This document shows positions 39,158-51,358 of a DNA stretch of 64,000 bases, one piece after another. The notes beneath the pieces were generated by a model. The model saw only the letters and a list, made by a program, of their open reading frames with translations, was not told the DNA's origin and did not search any database. This stretch comes from Octopus sinensis (lineage: Eukaryota). The stretch spans positions 32,550,001-32,614,000 of the forward strand of contig NC_043016.1 in assembly GCF_006345805.1 (NCBI RefSeq), given 5' to 3'. Position 1 is the first letter of the stretch; every line of letters begins with the position of its first letter. Position numbers and translations under genes: made by a program.

Positions 39158-40668
39158 CTATTTAAAAGCCAGATAAGTGTAACGCCGCCAATGGGGGCAT
39201 CGAAAAGCCGACTGTAAAAGTCCGTTTACCATCCGGCCTCTGGCAAACAAAATATGGAAGAGTTCGGAGACACAAAGGTTGCACTGCCTTCTGCCCCTAT
39301 CAAATGGGAGGGCCACCGACAAAATTGACCATTCCAGCCTGTAGCTTGAGTTCGTATCCTTCAGTCGCCATATTAGCTTGCTGAGTCCCGTGGTCTGGCG
39401 CTTGTTCATGTCCCGAAAAGTTGCGTAATGGTTGGAGACTCGCAAAGCCAATCCTGACGATGAGGCCCCTACATAAGTGAAGACATCTGAGTCCGTGTAA
39501 ACCTTGCATTGGTAGACGGCGTTTTTGATCTTGGAGTTCGCCGACGTGAATCTTATTCTGCTAGGATTAGTTTCTGAAATTAGAACTGCGTTCCTGTCAC
39601 TATATTCGTTCCGAGAACTGCAGCCGCTTACTACTCTATTTTCCACTACGTCACTATTAACTATAGGAATAACCCCTGATTCTCCACTATCTATCAGAGT
39701 GCTGTCATTGCTAGTGCCCGTGGTGCTGCTATTGCGGGAAATGATGCTGGGGATGCTATTGGGGCTCTCTACCCTACTCCCATTGTTACCGTCAACCACA
39801 ACACCCCTATTTATAACTATACCCCTAGTGGGTACTCCCTGGCTGGAGCTGAGATTATGTGTCACTGTACTGGCTCTCATATCATTATTACTACTATAAT
39901 TATTCCTACTGAGCATTAAACCGGGAGCGGAAGAGGCTGAGCCTCCGGAAAAAGGTGATAGGGTCTTAGTAAGTAGCCTATTATTATGGGATGCGATTAT
40001 CTGGGCGAGGTTTTTAGTGTTGGAGAAAGCTATCCTAACTTTATGCGAGTTAACTGTGGAGTAATATTTGGAATTTCTGGGGAAGTTATTGGCGATGGCT
40101 TGTCTAAACATGAGGGGGAGGTTAGTTCTAATCTGCTTACCAAAGGGAATTACAAACCATATATGCTTATTCCTATCTGTGTGATGGGTCGGGACGCCAG
40201 CACTCGCATTCGGGTGGGTGATTCTCGGATGAATAACGGGTCTTGGGTTAGTGTAAGATCTCCCGGACCGATAATTATCCTTGTTCACTAAATTAAAGGC
40301 TTATGGTAAGGGCAGTATGAGTCGCTATTAAGGTTAAGCGTAACGTCTAGGAAATTAGCCTTGGTGAGTTCATTATCAAAAACTATACTCATGCCCATTC
40401 TATTAAAAAACCTAGCTAACCTGCTCTTAGTTTTCTGCACTATTCTGTTCGTGGTGTTTTGCAGGTAAAACAGACAATCGTCACGATACAGGCCGCCCGC
40501 GATCTCCGGGAATTGGTCGGACAATTCGTAGAGAATATATATTCCGACCAAATCGGCTATCTGCGCACTATCCGAACTACCCATAGGCACATCAAATTCA
40601 TTGGGAGTATCTTTACGGATCCACAACTTATTATCAAACTTAATAAACGATTTCTTGGCAACTAAAAT
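39158..40668 (-). mobile_element. 5'-truncated, frameshifted Penelope-like element (Naiad-like): RT C-terminal half plus GIY-YIG endonuclease
   Basis: FDVPMGSSDSAQIADLVG, GGLYRDD, NFLDVTLNL, YHKP (40288-40695). After a frameshift at 40288 come IWFVIPF, AVYQCKV..TYVGASS..LRVSNH, CNLC..EL, N..CPH. The element is truncated at (TA)n at about 40669. Confidence 0.9.
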
Positions 40669-40827
40669 GATATATATATATATATACACACACATATATA
40701 CATATATATATATATATTATATATATACATAAATATTTATATTTATATATATATAAATATTTATATTTTTATATATATATAAATATTTATATTTATATAT
40801 ATGAATATTTATAGTTATATCTCTCTC

Positions 40828-40990
40828 TATATAAAACTGAGAATGTGTGTCTATCTGTCTGTCTGTGTGTTTGCCTAAAACTTGAGAACTACACAACCAA
40901 TTTCATTCAAATTTTACACATGCCTTACTTAGGATCCATGTAGTTTCATGAGCAAAAAAATGTTCAACTTGCCTAGGGCGAGCCCATAGC
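40828..40990 (+). mobile_element. Non-autonomous Helitron/HINE-like 5' end
   Basis: ctatataaaactgagaatgtgtgtctatctgtctgtctg...aattttacaca; a similar start occurs at about 50008. Confidence 0.45.
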
Positions 40991-41294
40991 AATATCATAT
41001 CTTCTCCACTGTTTCAGTATTACATGTTAAAAGTGAAACAAAAACATTTCTCTATTTTATGTCTGATACTTTCACTTTAACAATAAAAATTAGAGATTAT
41101 AGTAACAATTGAGTTATATGTAGTAAGTAATAATTAAAATCAAACGAAAGTATAATATAACCGTAACATAACAAAAGTAAAAATAGCAATTGGTATAAAA
41201 TTGCATCAATGACTTGAACTTGAATAAGTGGTTTGACATGAATGGGAATAAATTAAAAATATAATTAGTGCGCAGAAATGGAGTAGTCCATTAA

Positions 41295-41660
41295 ATTAAA
41301 GAAAAGACTATTGTCTATAAAGTACACAATGTAGAGAAAAAAAAAGATTTGAACACCTGAAGGAAAGCACCATCGAAAAGTGTCTTGGTGCGAGTATGAA
41401 AGATATCAAGTATCTAACCAGAGGCAGTAAATTTGCCACAATAGAAGCAAGGTTCAAGTCAACAGAGCGTGCAAGGGAGTACTCGAGTCGAACCTTGGAA
41501 AGTGGAAATATTTTATTTTTACCTTTATATCTGGGATGTAGGACGTCCCGGATAAAAATTTAAAATGCCACCCCAGAAGTAGAGGTAGGCTGGATTGTAA
41601 CCACACTTCTATACAAGAGGGAGGACAAGATACAATTCATCAAATTACAAGAGGCAGGAT
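41295..41660 (+). pseudogene. Decayed Tx1-type ORF1 remnant (third subfamily)
   Basis: IKEKTIVYKVHNVEKK / IEKCLG...RGSKFATIEARF...GNILFLPLYLGCRT aligns to IRGKMVTYKVYNIKEK / VEKCMAP...ENIILLPLYLGCRT of 57294-57884; it carries stops and a frameshift. Confidence 0.8.
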
Positions 41661-41848
41661 TACAATTCCAGTCTGTTATACATTTTGAGTATTGTTATCA
41701 CTAGCGATATCAAGATATAACTTTGTATTTTATATTTTATGTGTAGATGTATATATATATAGATGTACACATATATAATGCTAGTATATATATAAATATT
41801 TATATATATATAAATAAATATATAAATATTTATATATATATATATATA

Positions 41849-41895
<47 letters not shown>

Positions 41896-42129
41896 TATCG
41901 TATTTAGGAATGGTCATTTTGCCAGTTTAGCCAATAAAAACACACGCACTATATATTTGGTGTTACTTTGCTTCAGTGTTATTTCTTTTTTACATTAATC
42001 TTAATCTTATTTCGGCCAGAGTTCTTTCGTCATACTCATGTGACCGCATCAGTGGTCCTTTGTTTTCTTCTTACTTTTTTGTGTAAGGAGAGACACAAAT
42101 AAGTAAGAAGAGAACAAAGGACCACTGAT

Positions 42130-42297
42130 GGCGCAATGGCCTAGTGGTTAGGGCAGCGGACTTGCGGTCGGAGGATCGCGGTTTCGATTCCCAGACCGGG
42201 CGTTGTGTGTGTTTATTGAGCGAAAAATCACCTAAAAGCTCCACGAGGCTCCGGCAGGAGGTGGTGATCCCTGCTGTACTCTTTCACCACTCTAAAG
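42130..42297 (+). mobile_element. tRNA-derived SINE (pseudo-tRNA head)
   Basis: A box tggcctagtgg and B box ggtttcgattccc are present, but no proper anticodon or acceptor stem; a non-tRNA body follows. Confidence 0.7.
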
Positions 42298-42473
42298 GCA
42301 GTGCTCCAGCATGGCCGCAGTCAAATGACTGAAACAAGTACAAAAAAAATATATATATATAGTGCATGTGTTTTTATTGGCTAAACTGGCAAAATGACCA
42401 TTCCTAAATATAACAATATCTGTTTCAACGCACGACTTCACATAAAAAATCTTGCACAACAAATATTTAAACG

Positions 42474-42567
<94 letters not shown>

Positions 42568-43289
42568 GAAAGAAGGTTTGGAAATGCAATTTTAAAAGAT
42601 GTTTATTTACTTTACCGGTTTCACTCTTTGGAAAAAGATTGTCAAAAGTAACATGTAGAAGTTTGGTTGCGTTAATTATTGGTTGTTACAAAATGCTACA
42701 TTACATATATACAGTCTTTGGTAACAAGGACATGTTAAGGACATAAAAATTTGAACAAGTTCCCAAAAATATTGGGCACAAAAGATTACAACATAAATAA
42801 TCATTCTCAGGAACATGTGAAGGATAGTTTCCGGAAGGAATTATTAAAAAGTTCAGTAGGATATTGGTATTGTATTGTATATTCAAACACGCACAGAATA
42901 TTGGTTGACACAGAGTACTACAATACATATATATATACATTCTTTGGTGACAAGAGCTTGTTAAGAACATAAAAATGTTTAACAAGTTCATTGAAATATT
43001 AGGCACAAAAGATTACAACAAATATATTATACATTTTCAAGATAATTTCCAGAAGGAATTATTAAAAAGTTCAGTGGAATATTGGTATACAAGCACAGAA
43101 TATTATGAGTTCGAAAAAGTTTACATTATAATAGTATGGAAGCTAAAACTGACCTGTCCACCATGTTAACTTAAAAGAATATTATCTATTTCAGGGGACA
43201 CTGTAGGTGTGTTTGGGTGGGGGGAAGGAGGAGTAATGTGGAACCTTCAAGCATCAATGATTTGGGGGATTGGCTTTAGAGGTCAGGAT

Positions 43290-44680
43290 GGTTTGAGTAT
43301 GTGTGTCTTTGTGTGTGTGTATATACATATGTGGATAGATGTGTCTGTGTGTTTATAAAATCTGGTAGGATGGTGTGTGTATATGTGTGCCCATTTGTCA
43401 ATCGTGTGTGTGATTGTCTTGGTGTTGTGTGTATGTGTGTATATGTATGTATGTGTGTGATTGGCATTTGGCATGGTGCTGCCTGTGTATATGTGTGTCT
43501 GTATGGAGGTCAGAATGGTGTGAGTGTGTGTGTGCCTTTGTGTGTATATATATGTATACATGTGTTTGTGTGTGTGTGTGTGGGGGGGGGCTGTTTTTGA
43601 TTGGTCCCAGGGTCCACTGTGGTGTAAATAGATGTGTTTTTAAAAATTTGGTACGATGGTGTGTGTATATGTGTGCCCGTTTGTGTGTGTGTGTGTGTAT
43701 ATGTATGGTTAATGTTTGCTAGTGTGTTGTGTGTGCATTAGTGTGTATGTGTTTGTTCGTATGTGTGTCCATGTCAGTTGGGTGTATCTGTGTGGCGTGT
43801 GTGTGTGTATATACGTTTTGTATTTGTTGGTATTGCGTATGTGTTTGTGTGTGTGCGTATATATGGTGTGAGTGTGTGTGTATATATATGTATACATGTG
43901 TTTGTGTGTGTGTGTGGGGGGGGGCTGTTTTTGATTGGTCCCAGGGTCCACTGTGGTGTAAATAGATGTGTTTTTAAAAATTTGGTACGATGGTGTGTGT
44001 ATATGTGTGCCCGTTTGTGTGTGTGTGTGTGTATATGTATGGTTAATGTTTGCTAGTGTGTTGTGTGTGCATTAGTGTGTATGTGTTTGTTCGTATGTGT
44101 GTCCATGTCAGTTGGGTGTATCTGTGTGGCGTGTGTGTGTGTATATACGTTTTGTATTTGTTGGTATTGCGTATGTGTTTGTGTGTGTGCGTATATATGG
44201 TGTGAGTGTGTGTGTATATATGTGTATACATGTGTTTGTGTGTGTGTGAGGGGGGAGGCTGTTTTTGATTGGTCCCAGGGTCCATTGTGGTGTAAAGAGA
44301 TGTGTGTTTTTTAAAATTTGGTGGGATGGTGTGTGTATATCTGTGCTCGTTTGTGTGTGTATGTGTGTGGTTAATGTTTGTTAGTGTGTTGCGTGTGCAT
44401 TAGTGTGTATATGTGTCCATGTCTGTTGGGTGTATCTGTGTGGCGTGTGTGTGTGTATACGTTTTGTGTGTGTTGGTATTGAGTATGTGTTTGTGTGTGT
44501 GCGTATATATGGTGTGAGTGTATGTGTCTTTGTGTGTGTATATGTATACATGTGTTTGTGTGTGGGCTGCTTTTGAATGGTCCCAGGGTCCATTGTGGTA
44601 TAAATATATGTGTGTGTTTTTTTAGAAATTTGGTAGGATGGTGTGTGTATATGTGTGCCCGTTTGTCAATCATGTGTTTG
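43290..44680. repeat. Tandem repeat of ~334 bp built from degenerate (TG)n
   Basis: Anchor ggtcccagggtcca(c/t)tgtggt recurs at about 43604, 43938, 44272 and 44580. Confidence 0.9.
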
Positions 44681-45529
44681 ATAGACAATGTAGACCCCAA
44701 CCCACACAAGAACCGTTCCAGAATCGGAGATCCTACCCATCACTTAGAAACCTACCTCTGAACTATGATTGTAGATCCCAACCCAAACCGTTCAAAACTC
44801 AGAGTTCCCTCCCAACATATAAGTATTTAACTCTAAACCATGACTGTGGTTTCCAACCCACTCTAAGGAACTGTTACGAACTTGTGAGTGTCTTCTCTGG
44901 ACCTTTTGGGGGTGCGAGAAGCAATCACTTTCCGTTGCTTTAATAATCCAGATTCTCTACCCGTCAGAAACAACAAGACGCAAACGTAAATAATATATAT
45001 CTACTTTATTCTCTTATGTGGTAACAGATAATTGGTGTATCTGGCATCCCTTTGGTATAGTTGTGTCTCAGCTGAACCTTATCGCTGTAAAATAAGAAAG
45101 TGTTCAAATGCAAAACGACACTGGTCAGAGATGGCGTCCGGAACAGGGAAGATGATGTGGTCGGCAACAATTTGGTTAAAATCTTCGGCCGACTGCTATC
45201 AAATACGGACAGAGAGAATATACGTGTTGTACCTTCGATAGCCATGTCTCAAGTCGCTGCTGACTGCTGCTAGTGGTCAAACGTTCTACGATCCCCTTGC
45301 CTCGGCTAACTGCTACGTAGGCAAAAGGGTTCTTCTTCCGGGGCTTCGCGCATGTGCCGCTGTATAGCGTCACTACAGAACCAACATTGCACCCAGTACG
45401 AACAACCCAGACCCTGGAATAACCAAAACTCTTCCAGTAGGACACACCAACAACTCAGAATCTGGAACAACCAAAAACCCTTTAGCAGACAACAAATCAA
45501 CGGTGGAAAGAACCACACTCTCTTGAGTC

Positions 45530-45945
45530 ATTCCCAGTAGCTTATATGCTGCACAGAGGCTATTTTCTTCGGGTAGCTTCGTTGGATCGCCTCAAGTTCT
45601 GTGATTAACTTGACACTGGATGGTGACCATAGCTGAGAGCAATAGTCAAAGTGGCTTAGAACAAGTGTCCTCCAGATGACCATCATGGTTTCCTGGTCTC
45701 TTGTTCTAAAGGTTCTAAGAATCCATCCGGTCAGTCGCCTAGATTTCATTGCCGATTTAGAAACATGCACATGAAAGGTTGCATCATCAGTCATGTAAAT
45801 ACCCAGGTCTCGGACTGATTGTGCCACTGGGATTGCAATCCCTCCAGCTCCAGTGTATTTATTGGGTATTGCATATAGTTTTGCATGCTGATAGCATAAA
45901 GCTTGAAACTTTTCAGCATTGAACTGCATGCTATTCTTTTCAGCC
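45530..45945 (-). mobile_element. CR1-like LINE RT fragment, inverted relative to the 47.7-49.7 kb copy
   Basis: QFNAEKFQALCYQHAK...RDLGIYMTDDATFHVH...HFDYCSQLWSP is nearly identical to 48815-49215. Confidence 0.9.
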
Positions 45946-45946
45946 C

Positions 45947-45995
<49 letters not shown>

Positions 45996-46555
45996 CTAAC
46001 CTCCCCCTTGACTCCTACTTCTCTTCAGTCCTTCATCTTTTCACCCCTACTGTCTTTCCCTCCTCTTCCCTCCTTTTCCTTCTTCCCTCTTCTTTCCTCT
46101 TCCCTCTTCCCTCTTCCCCCTCTCTCTTCTCTCTGCTCCCTCACTCCCCTTCTCCCCCCTCCCCCTCCTCCTTTCCCCTCCTTTCTCCCCTTCCCCCTTC
46201 CTTCTCCTCCTCTCCTTCCTTCTCCTCTCCCTCCTCCCCTACCCCTCCTCTCTCTTCTCTCTCCCACACCACACTACACCATACAACATTACACATCACA
46301 TCATACATACATACACACGTCCAGACCACCAGCCCTTTTTCACATGCACATACATACTCTCTTATGCACACACGTACCTTCATGTTGGGGCGAGGTCACT
46401 TGACCCTGTTATCTCCCTTACTATCCCTCTAGCGTCTAACGTCTGACCTCTAACGTTTGAACCCCGATCTCTGACTTCTCCTGAAATCAGAACGCCATGT
46501 TGGATTGTTAGCCCTTACACGCAATTTTTTTCACTCCTTGTTTCTTTTCCTTGTA

Positions 46556-46593
46556 TCTTTCTGTCGAAGAGCGTAGGTTCGAAACGTAAAAGA
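46556..46593 (+). ncRNA. Minimal hammerhead-like motif (A6U core variant)
   Basis: tcttt-CTGTCGA-a-gagc-gtag-gttc-GAAAC-GTA-aaaga; stem III is reduced to palindromic ACGT. Confidence 0.45.
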
Positions 46594-47113
46594 CTTGTTT
46601 TATTTCTATTCCTGAGCGCCATACTAATACATGTTTGCTTATACTCCACCTGCCTTCGTCTTTTGTTTATTTTCGTAAACCTTCCCGTTATATATATATA
46701 TATATATATATACAAATTGAGATAGGGGTTGTAAATGCAACCCACCATGGGATAACATATATCCAATATACTGCTAGTGAGGTACCCAACAAAGTTAATA
46801 CATAAATGTTAGAATTGCGATACAATAAATTCATTTATTGTATTATATGGGCAAAGGTAAAATGTTTTACCACAAATTCTAATACAAAATAAGAAAATGG
46901 AGAAATACATCGAAATCATATATCAATTACCAGATAATACTCAATCACATACTTTATTAAACCACAACATAAGAAACTATAAGGTTAAACATAATAATGC
47001 AGGTTAAAGCAGTGTACATGAAGGAGTGTACATAAAATAGTAATGTTATACAATAAGTAGAATACGTATAATAGAACATAAATGTAAGTACACATAAATA
47101 TAATATAGATTAT

Positions 47114-47240
47114 ATCTTACAGCTGTTTCGGCCATGTAGATAAGTATGTCTCATTCAACTCATATTAGCCATTTGTGGTAGGTCAATATGTAGTTATAAA
47201 TGAGACATTTACAAAAACATCCTAAGACCTCTTCGGAGAT
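47114..47240 (-). ncRNA. Hammerhead-like motif with ~90-nt stem II insertion (U4C core variant)
   Basis: atct-CCGAAGA-ggtc...(atgtctcatt/aatgagacat hairpin)...ggcc-GAAAC-agct-GTA-agat. Confidence 0.5.
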
Positions 47241-47687
47241 TACAAATTAGATTACATATATACTTATAAAGGTGTGGGTATATACCCATAATAAAACATA
47301 TACATATACATATGAGTGCATATACTCATACTCATATACATATAAATAATGGTGTATTTATGTCACAAAGAAAATTATAAACTATGGCACACGAACATGA
47401 AATATGTATCCTCCGACCAAGTGGCAAACCAAAAAGGTAACTCTTTTTTACTGACTTACCTAGAAAATATGAAGGCCGACCTAAGCCAGGAGATCCAACG
47501 AGCTATCAGCAACCACCTATGCAAATCACAAGGACCACACACCCACTACCAACAAGAAAAGTGTCCCAGAGAGAAAGGCCACTGTACACAAGAACAAAAT
47601 CCCCAGAGAGAGGAAAATTCTAATGAGACGGCGCACAAAAATCTCAAATCGCCTAAACAAACAATTGAAAGCAATGACAGTCCCGTC

Positions 47688-49702
47688 TGAAAATAAAACT
47701 GTTGGAAACTGAACACTGTCTGCAACTCTCCCATGAAAAGGAAAGAGCAGACAAAGAAGCCTGGGCTATAGACAACATAAAATCTAACCCCAGAGCTTTC
47801 TACAGGTATGCCAAAGAAACATCTACGGTGCACTGTAGGAAAGGGCCACTCCTCTAAAAGGGTGGCACACTCACAGGAAATCCAATGAGGATAAGTGAAA
47901 TACTAAATGAACAATTCAAGAGTATTTTCACTCCACCCCAAGGGCATTTTCAAGTCAGCAATCCAACTAACGTCTTTACCACTGCAGTTATAAAATCAGA
48001 GGCAGCGATGATTGATTACATCAATATAAAGGAAGACGATGTAATAAATGCTATAGATGAAATGAAAACAAACTCAGCTACTGACCCCGATGGATTCCCG
48101 GCAATCCTTCTAAAAGTATGTAAGAGAGTCCTAGCAAGACCACTGCAGTTCCTCTTTCAGAGCTTCCTTACAACTGGCAAACTTCCAAGAAAACTGAAGG
48201 AAAGTAAAATATGCCCTATTCATAAAGGAGGTAGCAGAGCGGAGGCCAAGAACTACAGACCTATCTCTATGACCTCACACATCAGCAAGGTCATGGAACG
48301 AATAGTCAGAAGGAAACTAATCACCTTCCTTGAAGAAAATGACTTGCTGCCTGACACCCAAAATGGTTTCCGACCAGGAAGAAGCTGCTTAACTCAGCTC
48401 CTACAACACTATGACTGGGTGCTGAAACGACTGCTCAACTACTCAAATGTGGAAGTCATATATCTCGACCTTGCAAAGGCCTTTGATAAAGTCGATCATA
48501 GAATGATATGTCACAAACTGCGAGATCTTGGCATAGTTGGAAAATTGGGAGAATGGCTTCATGACTTTGTGAAGGATAGAAGTCAGGTGGGGCTACTCCC
48601 ATTAACATGCAAATAGTGAGCGGTGTTCCGCAAGGTACTGTTTTGGGACCACTACTGTTCATAATGGCCCTCTCAGACATGCCCTCAGCCACGCAGAGAG
48701 TCACGATCACAAGTTATGCAGATGATACAAAAGTTTCACAGGCAATACAGAACCCTGAAGACACTAAGCACCTGCAATGTGAGCTGGACAAAATATACAA
48801 GTGGGCTGAAAAGAATAGCATTCAGTTCAATGCTGAAAAGTTTCAAGCTTTATGCTATCAGCATGCAAAACTAAATGCAATACCCAATAAATACACAGGA
48901 CCTGGAGGATTGCAATCCCAGAGGCACAATCAGTGCGAGACCTAGTTATTTACATGAGTGATGATGCAACCTTCCATGTGCATGTTGCTAAATTGGCAAT
49001 GAAATGTAGGCGGCTGATCGGATGGATTCTTAGAACCTTTAGAGCAAGAGACCAGGAAACCATGATGGTCCTCTGGAGGATACTTGTCCTAAGCCACTTT
49101 GACTATTGCTCTCAGCTATGGTCACCATCCAGTGTCAAGTTAATCACAGAACTTGAGGCGATCCAACGAAGCTACACGAAGAATATAGCCTCTGAGCAGC
49201 ATATAAACTACTGGGAAAGACTCAAGAGATTAAGACTCTATTCCATAGAGCGTAGGCGAGAAAGATATGCCATAATATACATCTGGAAGATCCTAGAAGG
49301 ACTTGTCCCAAATTTTGGCATCGAGAGTTACACAAATGCAAGAACTGGGCGCCACTGCATGGTGCCAAGGACACCAAATTTGCCATCAAGATGTAGGACA
49401 AGATACTGTGATAGCCTGGGCTTCAGAGGCACACAGCTCTTCAATATCCTCCGAAGAACCTGAGGGACCAGCATGCAGATGTCTTTAAAATAAAACTGGA
49501 TCTCTTCCTGTCAGGTGTCCCAGATGAACCAACTTCACGGCAGGAGGTGCAGATGAGGGCAGCTGCATTGAACTCTCTCATGCACTAAATGGCAATTTCT
49601 AAAAAGCATTCGTGAAGTAAAATCATGTAGCAACACCAAATGGCGGTGCCCCAGCATGGCCACAGCTAGTGAGCCGAAACTGGATAAAATAAAATGAAAT
49701 AA

Positions 49703-49705
<3 letters not shown>
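47688..49705 (+). mobile_element. CR1-like LINE ORF2 (linker plus RT, several frameshifts) with 3' tail; possible ORF1 piece at 47349-47690, endonuclease not seen
   Basis: IKSNPRAFYRYAK, NYRPISMTSHISKVMER, QNGFRPGRSC, YLDLAKAFDKVDH, SGVPQGTVLGPLLF, SYADDTK, RLKRLRLYSIERRRER; ends in ccagcatggcc...(aaaat)n. Confidence 0.92.
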
Positions 49706-49778
<73 letters not shown>

Positions 49779-49848
49779 TAATACAAGATAAGAAAATGGA
49801 GAAATACATCTAAATCAAATATCAATTACCAGATAATATTCAATTACA

Positions 49849-49990
49849 TACTTTATTAAACCACTACATAAGAGACTGTAGGGTTAAATATACAAGCAGA
49901 ACAAAACAGTGTACATAAAGGAATGTACACTGTTTTGTTCTGCTTTTATATTTAACCCTGCAGTCTCTTATGTAGTGGTTTAATAAAGTA
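49849..49990. repeat. ~140-bp hairpin made from the same family as 46880-47035
   Basis: tactttattaaaccac...gtgtacat-aaagga-atgtacac...gtggtttaataaagta. Confidence 0.9.
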
Positions 49991-50413
49991 AATTAATATA
50001 TATCTCTTCTCTATATATAAAACTGAATTGCGTTTTTACCGCTTAGATCGCTTTCAATGCCACTACATCCCGTCCGATTCGCTCCAAAATTTACACGGAC
50101 ATGTAGAATGAGGTGACGATGCGCGTGGGCTACCTTAGAAATCCCTATCTTAAAAGGTGTGGTTGCTAGGGGCCATCTTCCTACCTCACCCTATTTCCTC
50201 CTTTCCCTCTCTTACTCCTCTTCATAACTTTCAGAAGTCCACTACGGTTATTTAAAGTATCTGTCACTATCGCTATTTCCTTTCTTTTTCACTGACTCTG
50301 TTTCCTACCTTCCTATCACTTCGGCGACGTTCTTTTAAGTATATGTCTGTCACCAACAATCAACACACGAGCATGAGAACAAATATTATGAATCAGATAT
50401 TCTTGCGTTCATT

Positions 50414-50444
<31 letters not shown>

Positions 50445-50446
50445 TC

Positions 50447-50480
<34 letters not shown>

Positions 50481-50856
50481 ATGTATGTGTGTGTGTGTGT
50501 GTTCTATATATAAATATGTATATATAATGTATGTGTGTGTGTGTGTTCTATATATAAATATGTATATATAATGTATGTGTGTGTGTGTGTTCTATATATA
50601 AATATGTATATATAATGTATGTCTGTGTGTGTGTTCTATATATAAATATGTATATATAATGTATGTGTGCGTGTGTGTTCTATATATAAATATGTATATA
50701 TAATGTATATATACAAAGTGTATATATCTGTATTTATGTATATTAAACTTTTTCATACTTTTTCATAGTTATATATATTTTTAAACAAATTATAAATATA
50801 ATTTCATAATTTTTATTTTCAATTAAATAATTTAAAGTTTTCAATTTTATATTTTA

Positions 50857-51358
50857 CTAGCAGTATCGCCGGCGTTGCTCGGGTTTGTAAGGGAAATAAC
50901 TATATAAGCATTTTTAGTGAGTTATAGCAAAAAAAGTAGCAAAAAATGCATTAAAGATGGAATAAAAAATGATAGTAATTTCTTTTTTAAATCGTTGACT
51001 CATCGTAGACATTTTTAGAGAGTTACTTCCCTTATATAATAGCGAAAAATGCATTAAAAATGGAATAAAAAAATGATGGTAATTTTTTTTTTAATCGTTG
51101 ACTCATCGTAGACATTTTTAGAGAGTTACTTCCCTTATATAATAGCGAAAAATGCATTAAAATGGAATAAAAAATGATGGTAATTTTTTTTAAAAATCGT
51201 AGACTCATCGTAGACGCGCGCTAATACCCAGAAGGGATCGATATGAATCACGACTATAAGATACCCGGTTTTGGTTACACTGCACCGCAAAATGTGGGAG
51301 TAGTTAGGAATCTAAATCGTAGCAGACAGACACACAACCTTACTTTTATATATAAAGA
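50857..51358 (-). mobile_element. Non-autonomous Helitron with internal ~104-bp tandem repeats; related partial copy at 51655-51872
   Basis: Minus strand: A|TCtttatatataaaag ... cccgagcaacgccggcgatactgCTAG|T, giving 5' TC, a GC-rich subterminal hairpin-like tract, 3' CTAG and an A/T insertion site. Confidence 0.75.

Noticed and set aside
42130-42205. Possible tRNA gene
   Set aside because: A and B boxes are present but the cloverleaf stems do not close, and a SINE body follows.
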